The notes below the pieces were generated by a model. That model was not told where the DNA came from, searched no databases, and saw only the letters and a list, made by a program, of their open reading frames with translations. A stretch of DNA of 53,425 nucleotides from Escherichia phage vB_EcoS-640R1, in the sequence record ON470612. One strand, written 5' to 3'. A program made the translations under genes and the position numbers. Positions 31,798 through 40,270 of this stretch are shown here, in pieces (positions within the stretch are counted from its first letter, which is position 1; every line of letters begins with the position of its first letter).

Positions 31798-32295
31798 TTG
31801 ATAGGTAAAATCGATTATGTCTGGACNNNNNNNNNNNNNNNCCTGCATTTGATACGAGGTAACCCCTCAAAGCGGCCAGTTAAAGACTCCAAAAAAACCG
31901 CTAAAAAGGATGAAAAAGGTCTCCCTAAAATTCCGCAACATTTAGGGGCGCAGGGGAAGTACTGGTTCAGGCGAATGGCGGAAGAGCTGAATGCGGAAGG
32001 GATCATTTCTCAGCTCGATGCACGTGCGCTCGAGTTACTGGTGGAAGCCTACACCGAATACCGGCATCACTGCGAAATACTCGATGTTGAGGGTTATACC
32101 TACCGCACGGAAACGCAGAATGGCGATGTGCTGATCAAGGCACACCCGGCTGCTGCGATGAAGGCTGATGCCTGGAAGCGGATTCGGGCGATGCTTGCAG
32201 AGTTTGGTATGTCACCGGCAAGCCGGGCGAAAGTAAATACCGCCGGACCGGATGATGTTGATCCGCTGGCAGAGCTTTTAAAAGCGAGAGACTGA
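31798..32295 (+). CDS. Terminase small subunit (P27/HK97-type); 5' end uncertain because of a 15-N gap
   Basis: LHLIRGNPSKRP... family-like sequence; stop overlaps terL start; the ORF spans the N-run at 31827-31841. Confidence 0.65.
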   Translation: MIGKIDYVWXXXXXXLHLIRGNPSKRPVKDSKKTAKKDEKGLPKIPQHLGAQGKYWFRRMAEELNAEGIISQLDARALELLVEAYTEYRHHCEILDVEGYTYRTETQNGDVLIKAHPAAAMKADAWKRIRAMLAEFGMSPASRAKVNTAGPDDVDPLAELLKARD

Positions 32296-34052
32296 TGGCA
32301 AAAGTGGCTGACGGGATCCGCTACGCCGAACGTGTTGTTGCAGGAGAAATTGTTGCTGGCGAATTTGTCCGTCTGGCCTGCCAGCGTTTTCTTGATGATC
32401 TGAAGTACGGCGAAGAGCGGGGGATTTATTTCAGTGAACCCCGTGCACAGCACATCCTTAATTTCTACAAATTTGTACCCCATGTGAAAGGGGCGCTGGC
32501 AGGTCAGCCCATTGAGTTGATGGACTGGCATGTGTTTATCCTCATTAATATTTTTGGTTTTGTCATTCCGCTGGTGAATGAAGAAACCGGGGAAGTTGTC
32601 ATGCGCAGCGATGGCAGTGGACGCCCGGTGATGGTGCGCCGGTTCCGGACAGCATACAACGAAGTTGCCCGTAAAAACGCAAAATCAACCCTGTCATCGG
32701 GTATCGGTCTGTATATGACGGGGGCAGATGGTGAAGGCGGGGCTGAGGTGTATTCAGCCGCAACCACGCGTGACCAGGCCAGAATTGTGTTTGAAGACGC
32801 CAAAAATATGGTCAGAAAAGCCCGGTCGACACTCGGGCGGTTGTTTGATTTCAACAAGCTGGCGATTTACCAGGAGCAGAGCGCATCAAAATTTGAACCG
32901 CTTTCCTCGGATGCAAACAACCTGGACGGTCTGAACATCCACTGCGCCATTATTGATGAGCTGCATGCTCATAAAACCCGTGACGTGTGGGACGTTCTGG
33001 AAACGGCAACCGGTGCCCGTCTGCAGTCTCTGTTATTTGGCATCACCACGGCTGGCTTTAACAAGGAAGGGATTTGCTACGAGCAGCGCGATTACGCCAT
33101 TAAGGTATTGCGAGGCTATAACAGCGACGTGGAGGGCGCGGTAAAAGACGACTCCTACTTTGCGATCATTTACACGCTCGATGAGGGAGATGATCCGTTT
33201 GATGAAACGGTCTGGCAGAAAGCGAATCCTGGCCTGGGCATCTGTAAACGCTGGGATGATCTGCGTCGTCTGGCGAAAAAAGCGAAGGAGCAGGTCTCTG
33301 CGCGGGTGAATTTTTTTACCAAACACATGAATGTGTGGGTCACTGCCGAATCTGCCTGGATGGATATGATTAAGTGGGAGAAGTGCGAATACATTGCTCC
33401 ACAACATGAGCTGAAAACATATCCCATGTGGGTCGGCGTCGACCTTGCTCATAAGATTGATATCTGTGCGGCGGCAAAACTCTGGCGAACCGATAACGGA
33501 CATGTTCATGCTGATTTTAAATTCTGGCTTCCGGAAGGACGGCTGGAGCGATGCTCGCGGCAGCAGGCAGAACTTTACCGGAAGTGGGCGGAGATGGATA
33601 AGCTCATCCTGACGGATGGTGATGTTATCGATCATGCTCAGATAAAAAGTGACTTACTGGAATGGATTGGCGGTGAAAACCTCAGGGAACTGGGATTTGA
33701 CCCGTGGAGCGCAATGCAGTTCAGCCTGGCACTGGCTGAAGAAGGGATACCGCTGGTGGAGGTTCCGCAGACGGTCCGCAATCTGTCAGAGGCCATGAAG
33801 GAAACGGAATCACTGGTTTATGCCGGGCGTTTCCATCACAGCAATCATCCGGTCATGAACTGGATGATGTCTAACGTTACGGTAAAACCGGACAAAAACG
33901 ACAACATCTTCCCGAATAAATCCACGCCTGAAGCCAAAATCGACGGCCCTGTTGCGCTTTTTACGGCCATGAGCCGCTTTCTGGTAAATGGCGGGGGCGT
34001 GAATGACTTTCTGTCCACGCTTGATCCTGATGAGGACCTGTTAATTCTGTGA
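32295..34052 (+). CDS. Terminase large subunit
   Basis: 585-aa ORF with ATPase and nuclease regions typical of HK97-type TerL. Confidence 0.88.
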   Translation: MAKVADGIRYAERVVAGEIVAGEFVRLACQRFLDDLKYGEERGIYFSEPRAQHILNFYKFVPHVKGALAGQPIELMDWHVFILINIFGFVIPLVNEETGEVVMRSDGSGRPVMVRRFRTAYNEVARKNAKSTLSSGIGLYMTGADGEGGAEVYSAATTRDQARIVFEDAKNMVRKARSTLGRLFDFNKLAIYQEQSASKFEPLSSDANNLDGLNIHCAIIDELHAHKTRDVWDVLETATGARLQSLLFGITTAGFNKEGICYEQRDYAIKVLRGYNSDVEGAVKDDSYFAIIYTLDEGDDPFDETVWQKANPGLGICKRWDDLRRLAKKAKEQVSARVNFFTKHMNVWVTAESAWMDMIKWEKCEYIAPQHELKTYPMWVGVDLAHKIDICAAAKLWRTDNGHVHADFKFWLPEGRLERCSRQQAELYRKWAEMDKLILTDGDVIDHAQIKSDLLEWIGGENLRELGFDPWSAMQFSLALAEEGIPLVEVPQTVRNLSEAMKETESLVYAGRFHHSNHPVMNWMMSNVTVKPDKNDNIFPNKSTPEAKIDGPVALFTAMSRFLVNGGGVNDFLSTLDPDEDLLIL

Positions 34053-34210
34053 AACAGCTTATTACTGATATGACCGGGCTGATCGGTTTCGGTTTGCTCA
34101 CTGCTGGCGTTTATCTGTATGCAGGTCTGCCAGCGTCTCTGATGCTGTCGGGCTGTTTGTTGCTGCTTTATGCACTGGTAGTGTCCATGAGGAGAAAACA
34201 TGCTTCTTGA
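34051..34210 (+). CDS. Possible small membrane protein between terL and portal (below ORF-track cutoff)
   Basis: GTG-initiated 52 codons, VKQLITDMTGLIGFGLLTAGVYLYAGLPASLMLSGCLLLLYALVVSMRRKHAS; overlaps neighbours. Confidence 0.25.
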
Positions 34211-35426
34211 TGCTCTGTTTCGCAGTGAGTCTCTGGAAAATCCCTCGGTTCCGGTAACCGGAGAGGCCGCTGAGACGGATAATATTTTTGCCCGGGATGT
34301 GTATGTCAGTCCGGAAACATCCATGAAGCTGGCTGCTGTCTATGCCTGTATTTATGTTATTTCATCCAGTGTGGCTCAGATGCCCCTGCATGTGATGCGA
34401 AAAACGAATGAGCATGTTCAGCCTGCACGCGATCATCCGTTGTTCTGGCTCGTTCATGATGAACCTAATGCCTGGCAGACCAGCTATAAGTGGCGGGAAC
34501 TGAAGCAGCGTCATGTGCTGGGGTGGGGCAATGGTTATACGTGGGTAAAACGTAATCGTCGTGGAGAGGTTACCAGCCTTGAATGCTGTATGCCATGGGA
34601 AACCACGTTACTTAACACCGGTGGGCGTCATACTTACGGGGTGTATAACGAAGAGGGTGCATTTGCGGTAAGTCCGGACGACATGATCCATATCAGGGCG
34701 CTGGGAAACAATCAGAAAATGGGACTGAGCCCGATCATGCAGCATGCTGAAACCATTGGTATGGGAATGAGTGGCCAGCAGTATACCAGCGCCTTTTTTA
34801 ACGGTAATGCCCGTCCTGCCGGTATTATTTCTGTGAAAAATGAACTGAACGAACAGAGCTGGGGCAGGCTTAAAAATATGTGGCAGCGGGCGGTGACAGC
34901 GCTTCGCAGCCAGGAAAATAAAACCATGCTGTTGCCTGCGCAACTGGATTACCGCGCTCTGACAGTTTCTCCGGTGGATGCTCAGATCATTGATATGACC
35001 AAGCTGAACAGGTCGATGATTGCAGGGATTTTTAATGTCCCGGCGCACATGATTAATGACCTGGAAAAAGCCACATTTTCGAATATTACGCAGCAGGCGA
35101 TTCAGTTTGTTCGCTACACGATGATGCCCTGGGTTGCGAACTGGGAGCAGGAGCTTAACCGTCGCCTGTTTACCCGTACAGAACGGGCTGCCGGGTATTA
35201 CGTTCGTTTTAACCTCACGGGGTTGCTCCGTGGGACCCCACAGGAGCGTGCGCAGTTCTATCACTTTGCCATTACAGATGGCTGGATGAGTCGGAATGAA
35301 GCCAGGGCATTTGAGGATATGAACCCGGTTGACGGTCTGGATGAAATGCTGGTCAGCGTAAATGCAGCAAATCCGTTGAATAACTTTAAAGATACGAAAG
35401 GCAAAGAGGAAAAGAACGATGAATGA
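34200..35426 (+). CDS. Portal protein (HK97 family)
   Basis: 408-aa ORF; GAGGAG RBS; position between terL and prohead protease. Confidence 0.88.
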   Translation: MLLDALFRSESLENPSVPVTGEAAETDNIFARDVYVSPETSMKLAAVYACIYVISSSVAQMPLHVMRKTNEHVQPARDHPLFWLVHDEPNAWQTSYKWRELKQRHVLGWGNGYTWVKRNRRGEVTSLECCMPWETTLLNTGGRHTYGVYNEEGAFAVSPDDMIHIRALGNNQKMGLSPIMQHAETIGMGMSGQQYTSAFFNGNARPAGIISVKNELNEQSWGRLKNMWQRAVTALRSQENKTMLLPAQLDYRALTVSPVDAQIIDMTKLNRSMIAGIFNVPAHMINDLEKATFSNITQQAIQFVRYTMMPWVANWEQELNRRLFTRTERAAGYYVRFNLTGLLRGTPQERAQFYHFAITDGWMSRNEARAFEDMNPVDGLDEMLVSVNAANPLNNFKDTKGKEEKNDE

Positions 35427-36017
35427 CCGTGAAACGCGCTGTTACAGCGGGGAGGTGCGGGCGGAACAATATGATAATGCCCGACCCACATTCTGGGGTA
35501 TGGCTCGGTATTTAACAGTCGTTCAGAACCTCTGTGGGGATTTCGTGAAATCATCAAGCCGGGGGCTTTTGATGATGTACTGAATGATGATGTACGTGGC
35601 TTGTTTAATCATGATCCTAATTTCATTCTCGGACGAAGTTCTGCCGGCACATTGTCATTGTCGGTGGATGAACGCGGTTTACGTTATGACATTGTTGCAC
35701 CGGATACTCCGACTATTTGTGACCTGGTGCTGTCTCCAATGTTGCGTGGTGACATTAACCAGTCCTCGTTCGCGTTTCGTGTCGCCCGTGACGGAGAGAG
35801 CTGGTATGAAGACGACGAGGGGATTGTTATCCGGGAAATCACGCGCATTTCTCGTCTGTATGACGTCAGCCCGGTGACATATCCGGCCTATCAGGACGCA
35901 GACTCCGGTGTCCGCTCAATGAAAGCCTGGCAGGAAGCGCGGGCGAGTGGTGCGCTGAAGAAAGCTGTTAATGAACGAATGGCGCGTGAGCGCCTTTTGA
36001 CCCTTCTTAATGCATAA
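35419..36017 (+). CDS. Prohead protease (HK97 family), interrupted by an apparent -1 frameshift at a G4 run (35495-35498)
   Basis: N-terminal 26 codons (MNDRETRCYSGEVRAEQYDNARPTFW) from ATG 35419 after AGAGGA; family-like sequence continues in the other frame (GYGSVFNSRSEPLWGFREIIKPGAFDDVL...NHDPNFILGR...), which is the track ORF 35601..36017. Confidence 0.7.
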
Positions 36018-36031
36018 GGATACTACTGACG

Positions 36032-37249
36032 ATGAAACTTCATGAGATGAAGCAAAAACGAAACACCATTGCAAAGGATATGCGTGCACTGCATGAAAAA
36101 ATTGGTGATAACGCATGGACTGATGAGCAACGGGCAGAGTGGAACAGGGCGAAAGCTGAGCTGGATGCGCTGGATGAGCAAATCGCCCGTGAAGAAGAGT
36201 TGCGCCGTCAGGATCAGGCATATGTGGATGAGTCCGGGCCGGAAGAGCGCCAGAATAATGAGGCGGAGAACGGGAAAAAGGCGGTGGAAGAGAAGCGTGC
36301 TGCGGCATTTAACCGTTTTCTGCGTGCCGGATTTGCAGAACTGAATGCTGAAGAGCGTAATCTGATGCGTGAACTGCGGGCTCAGAGTGTAACAACGGAT
36401 TCTCAGGGCGGATATACGGTGCCCACGCAGATGCGTAACAAAATCATTGACACCATGAAGGCTTATGGCGGGATTGCCAGTGTGGCGCAACTTCTGACCA
36501 CATCAACCGGGCAGGATATCACCTGGTCAACGTCTGATGGCACGACTGAAGAGGGCGAACTGCTGGCGGAAAATACAGCCGCAACGGAACAGGATGTGAC
36601 GTTCGGGACCGCTATTCTGGGGGCTAAAAAGCTGTCATCAAAAATAATTCGTGTGTCCAATGAGCTGCTCCAGGACAGTGGGGTGGATATTGAATCTTAT
36701 CTGGCAAACCGTATTGCCCAGCGTATTGGTCGTGGAGAGGCAAAATATCTGGTTCAGGGGACCGGAACGGGATCACCGTTACAGCCAAAAGGGCTGGCAG
36801 CGTCGGTGACGGGAACCATCCAGACTGCAGCCTCTGCCGCTTTCACCTGGAAAGAAATGAATGCCCTGAAACATGCCATTGATCCGGCATATCGTGGTGG
36901 GCCGAAATACCGCTGGGCATTCAATGATGCCACATTGCAGACTATTGAAGAGATGGAGGATGGACAGAAACGCCCGTTATGGCTGCCGGATATTGCAGGC
37001 GGTACGCCGGCTACTGTGCTGGGGATCCCTTATGTTATTGATCAGGCTATTGACGGGATTGGTACTGGAAAAAAATTCATTTTCCTGGGGGATTTCAACC
37101 GCTTTATCATTCGCCGCGTTACTTATATGGAACTGAAACGTCTGGTTGAGCGTTATGCTGAGTTTGATCAGGTGGCATTTCTGGCTTTCCATCGTTTTGA
37201 CTGTGTGCTGGAAGATGTGGCAGCCATCAAGGCGCTCACTGGCAAATAA
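36032..37249 (+). CDS. Major capsid protein (HK97 fold) with N-terminal scaffolding delta domain
   Basis: 405-aa ORF, coiled-coil charged N-terminal ~100 aa then capsid domain; strong terminator downstream. Confidence 0.88.
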   Translation: MKLHEMKQKRNTIAKDMRALHEKIGDNAWTDEQRAEWNRAKAELDALDEQIAREEELRRQDQAYVDESGPEERQNNEAENGKKAVEEKRAAAFNRFLRAGFAELNAEERNLMRELRAQSVTTDSQGGYTVPTQMRNKIIDTMKAYGGIASVAQLLTTSTGQDITWSTSDGTTEEGELLAENTAATEQDVTFGTAILGAKKLSSKIIRVSNELLQDSGVDIESYLANRIAQRIGRGEAKYLVQGTGTGSPLQPKGLAASVTGTIQTAASAAFTWKEMNALKHAIDPAYRGGPKYRWAFNDATLQTIEEMEDGQKRPLWLPDIAGGTPATVLGIPYVIDQAIDGIGTGKKFIFLGDFNRFIIRRVTYMELKRLVERYAEFDQVAFLAFHRFDCVLEDVAAIKALTGK

Positions 37250-37269
37250 CCACTCGTTGTTCAGTTACA

Positions 37270-37293
37270 GACCGCGCCGACGCGGTTTTTTTA
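37270..37293 (+). terminator. Intrinsic terminator after major capsid gene
   Basis: CCGCGCCGACGCGG hairpin followed by TTTTTTTAT. Confidence 0.6.
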
Positions 37294-37325
37294 TGCCCGC
37301 ACAGTGTTGCGGGCAGGAGTTTCTG

Positions 37326-37643
37326 ATGGCAGCAATAGTGGAAAAACTCAGGGCGCAGTGCCGTATTGATACAGATGATGCAACTGATGATGAGTTACTG
37401 ATGCTGTATTTCCGGGCTGCCTGCCGCAAGGCAGAAAATTTTATCAACCGTAAGCTTTATGAGGAGACGGTGCCGGAAGGTGATCCTGAAGGGGTGCTTA
37501 TAGCTGATGATGTTTTGCTGGCGCTCATGTTGCTGGTCGGGCACTGGTGCGAAAACCGGGAAAATTCCTCAGATGTCAGTAAGGCACCAGTCCCGTTTGG
37601 TTTTTCTTCTCTGCTGGAGCCTTATCGTTTTATTCCTTTGTAG
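37326..37643 (+). CDS. Head-tail connector protein (gp6-like)
   Basis: MAAIVEKLRAQCRIDTDDATDDELLMLYFRAACRKAENFI...; CAGGAG RBS; internal start of track ORF 37146..37643. Confidence 0.75.
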   Translation: MAAIVEKLRAQCRIDTDDATDDELLMLYFRAACRKAENFINRKLYEETVPEGDPEGVLIADDVLLALMLLVGHWCENRENSSDVSKAPVPFGFSSLLEPYRFIPL

Positions 37644-37651
37644 GAGGAGAC

Positions 37652-37990
37652 ATGCAGGCGGGCAGATTACGTGATCGCGTAATTATTCTGAATGTCACCA
37701 CCGCCCGCTCTCCGTCAGGGCATCCGGTGGAGACGGTGACGGAGGGAGCTACCGTATGGGCAGAAGTTAAGGGTATCAGCGGGAGGGAGATAATCTCAGG
37801 CGGAGCAGAAACCGCTCAGGCTACGGTCAGAGTCTGGATGAGATTCCGGCGCGATGTGACAGCGACTTCACGTCTGAAAGTGCTGACCGGTGCATTTAAA
37901 GGGGCCATTCTGGGTATAGAAGGTCCACCAATACCGGATGCACGCGCTACCCGGCTTGAAATACTCTGCAGCCTGAAGGGGAATGTGTGA
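37652..37990 (+). CDS. Head closure / head-tail adaptor protein (gp7-like)
   Basis: 112-aa ORF after AGGAGGAGA RBS in the conserved HK97-type order. Confidence 0.75.
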   Translation: MQAGRLRDRVIILNVTTARSPSGHPVETVTEGATVWAEVKGISGREIISGGAETAQATVRVWMRFRRDVTATSRLKVLTGAFKGAILGIEGPPIPDARATRLEILCSLKGNV

Positions 37991-38436
37991 TGGATTTCAG
38001 TCTTGATTTTTCCGGCCTGGCGGATATTGCACGGGATTTGGAGACGCTCAGCAGGGCAGAAAACAATAAGGTTCTGCGCGATGCCACCCGTGCCGGTGCT
38101 GAAGTTATGCGGGATGCAGTTGTTGAACGTGCGCCGGAGCGAACCGGGAAACTGAAGAAAAATGTGGTTGTTCTCACTCAGCGTTCAAAGCGTCGGGGGG
38201 AAATTATCTCGGGTGTCCACATTCGCGGACGGAACCTGCGAACCGGAAACAGTGATAACAGCATGAAAGCCAGCGATCCCCGAAATGCATTTTACTGGCG
38301 CTTTGTGGAGCTGGGAACGATAAACATGCCCGCGCATCCATTCATTCGCCCGGCTTTCGATACGACAGAGGAGCTGGCGGCGCAGGTTGCCATACAGCGA
38401 ATGAATCAGGCTATTGATGAGGTCTTAAGTAAATGA
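37990..38436 (+). CDS. HK97 gp10-family tail-completion-like protein
   Basis: ATG overlapping the preceding stop; conserved order. Confidence 0.7.
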   Translation: MDFSLDFSGLADIARDLETLSRAENNKVLRDATRAGAEVMRDAVVERAPERTGKLKKNVVVLTQRSKRRGEIISGVHIRGRNLRTGNSDNSMKASDPRNAFYWRFVELGTINMPAHPFIRPAFDTTEELAAQVAIQRMNQAIDEVLSK

Positions 38437-38777
38437 GGGAGGGCACACTGTATTCCCTGTTGTCTCAGCTGGCCGGAGGACAGGTTTATCCTTATGTGGT
38501 CCCGCTGACGGAGGGAAAGCCTGCAGTATCTCCGCCGTGGCTGGTGTTTTCTGTGGTGTCTGACACGGTATCTGATGTGCTTGATGGGCAGGCTGAATCC
38601 AGAATTACCGTGCAGATCGATGTCTGGGCGACAGTACCTGATGACGCAGATAATATTCGTGAGCAGGCGCTTGATGCGGTAAGAAAACTGGCACCCTCCG
38701 TTATTTCTAAAACGCAGGGTTATGATCCTGACTCCCGTCTGAGCAGAGCCACGCTTGAATTCCAGGTAATAGCCTGA
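38433..38777 (+). CDS. Tail completion protein (DUF3168/gp11-like)
   Basis: 114-aa ORF overlapping the preceding stop, followed by a terminator. Confidence 0.7.
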   Translation: MREGTLYSLLSQLAGGQVYPYVVPLTEGKPAVSPPWLVFSVVSDTVSDVLDGQAESRITVQIDVWATVPDDADNIREQALDAVRKLAPSVISKTQGYDPDSRLSRATLEFQVIA

Positions 38778-38795
38778 GGTCATTAATGATTTTAC

Positions 38796-38822
38796 CCACC
38801 CGCCGCTGGCGGGTTTTTTTAT
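38796..38822 (+). terminator. Intrinsic terminator before major tail gene
   Basis: CCCGCCGCTGGCGGG hairpin plus T8 run. Confidence 0.6.
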
Positions 38823-38837
38823 TTTCAGGAGACGAGT

Positions 38838-39542
38838 ATGTCCTCTAATTTTGAGCGTTCGCAACTGACGAAAATTATGATTTCGTCTGCACCGGTAACA
38901 GCAGAAACCCTGGATTCTGCCAGCTATCTTGGCCTGAGCTGTACAATCAAAGAGGTGCAGTTTACCGCAGGACAAAAGCAGGATATTGATGTCACCACGC
39001 TGTATTCTGTTGAGCAGGAAAATATTAACGGTCTTGGGGCTGCTTCAGAGATTTCCATGTCAGGCAACTTTTATCTGAATGCTGCCCAGAACGCGTTGCG
39101 CAGTGCCTATGACAATGACACCACGTATGGCTTTAAAGTTATTTTTCCGTCAGGCAACGGATTTACCTTTATGGCAGAGGTGCGTCAGCATACCTGGTCT
39201 GCAGGAACCAATGGTGTTGTGGCTGCAACGTTTTCTCTGCGCCTGAAAGGTAAGCCTGTGCTGACGACAGAGCAGCTGAAAGTGAAGGTCGATTTAAAAA
39301 GCACGCTGCGGGTTGCTTCCGGAGCGAAACTTGAAATGGCGGTTGAGGCTGTGGGTGGTGTGCCGCCTTATTCTTATGCCTGGAAAAAAGGTGGTTCTCC
39401 TGTTTCCGGACAGACGGCGGCAACGTTCAGTAAGGCATCAGCAGCATCCGGTGATGCCGGTGCGTATACCTGCGAGATTTCTGATTCAGCGAGCCCGGTT
39501 AACAAAGTGACCTCCACTTCCTGCACTGTAACCGTCAGTTAA
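38838..39542 (+). CDS. Major tail protein with C-terminal Ig-like domain
   Basis: 234-aa ORF, AGGAGA RBS; C-terminal ~80 aa resemble a bacterial Ig-like domain. Confidence 0.8.
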   Translation: MSSNFERSQLTKIMISSAPVTAETLDSASYLGLSCTIKEVQFTAGQKQDIDVTTLYSVEQENINGLGAASEISMSGNFYLNAAQNALRSAYDNDTTYGFKVIFPSGNGFTFMAEVRQHTWSAGTNGVVAATFSLRLKGKPVLTTEQLKVKVDLKSTLRVASGAKLEMAVEAVGGVPPYSYAWKKGGSPVSGQTAATFSKASAASGDAGAYTCEISDSASPVNKVTSTSCTVTVS

Positions 39543-39928
39543 TGAGGATGGATGTGATGACTAAAAATATCCGTAATCTGGCACTGGCAACGATGTCGGG
39601 GTTTCGCCATAAAACCGTTGATGTGCCTGAATGGGAGGGAGCAACGGTTGTGTTACGGGAACCTTCTGCAGAAGCCTGGTTGCGCTGGCAGGAGATCGTT
39701 AAAGCAAAAGATGATGAGACACCGTTATCCGTTGCGGAGCGCGCCCGCCGAAATCTGGAGGCAGATGTTGAACTGTTCATTGATGTTCTGTGTGATACCG
39801 GACTGCAACCCGTATTTTCAGAGGATGATCGTGAACAGGTGATTGCCGTGTATGGCCCGGTGCATGCGCGGCTTCTTCGGCAGTCTCTGGAACTGATCAG
39901 TGATGCCGGCGAGGTTAAAAAAAAGTAG
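39542..39928 (+). CDS. Tail assembly chaperone (G-like)
   Basis: Acidic ~125-aa protein ending at the slippery run A AAA AAG; alternative start at 39557. Confidence 0.8.
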   Translation: MRMDVMTKNIRNLALATMSGFRHKTVDVPEWEGATVVLREPSAEAWLRWQEIVKAKDDETPLSVAERARRNLEADVELFIDVLCDTGLQPVFSEDDREQVIAVYGPVHARLLRQSLELISDAGEVKKK

Positions 39929-40230
39929 CGCTTCCGGGGATGCGTTTTCTGATGATGCTGGCGCTCAGGATGGGGCGCACATTGTCAGAGTTACGCCGGG
40001 AAATGTCCGCATCAGAAATCATGATGTGGGCAGAATTTGACAGGTTCAGCCCGCTGGGGGACGAACGGGCTGATTTCCGGGCTGCCCAGATTGTTTCAGC
40101 TATTTACGGTGCGCAGGGGGTCAAAGTGTCACTGAATGATGCGCTTCTTCAGTGGGAGAAGGAGCAGACAGAAGGCGCTTCAGATCCATTTGCCGGACTG
40201 GAAAACGCGCTTTTAATAGTGTCTCAGTGA
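39542..40230 (+). CDS. Tail assembly chaperone G-T fusion via programmed -1 frameshift at 39919-39925
   Basis: Slippery heptamer A AAA AAG immediately before the G stop; the -1 frame continues into ...VALPGMRFLMMLALRMGRTLSELRREMSASEIMMWAEFDRFSPLGDERADFRAAQIV... (track ORF 39940..40230). Confidence 0.75.
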
Positions 40231-40238
40231 GTCAACAT

Positions 40239-40260
40239 AACCGCTTCGGCGGTTTTTTTT
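40239..40260 (+). terminator. Terminator-like hairpin between the T region and the tape measure gene
   Basis: AACCGCTTCGGCGGTT hairpin plus T8. Confidence 0.5.
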
Positions 40261-40270
40261 CGTCCGGAGA

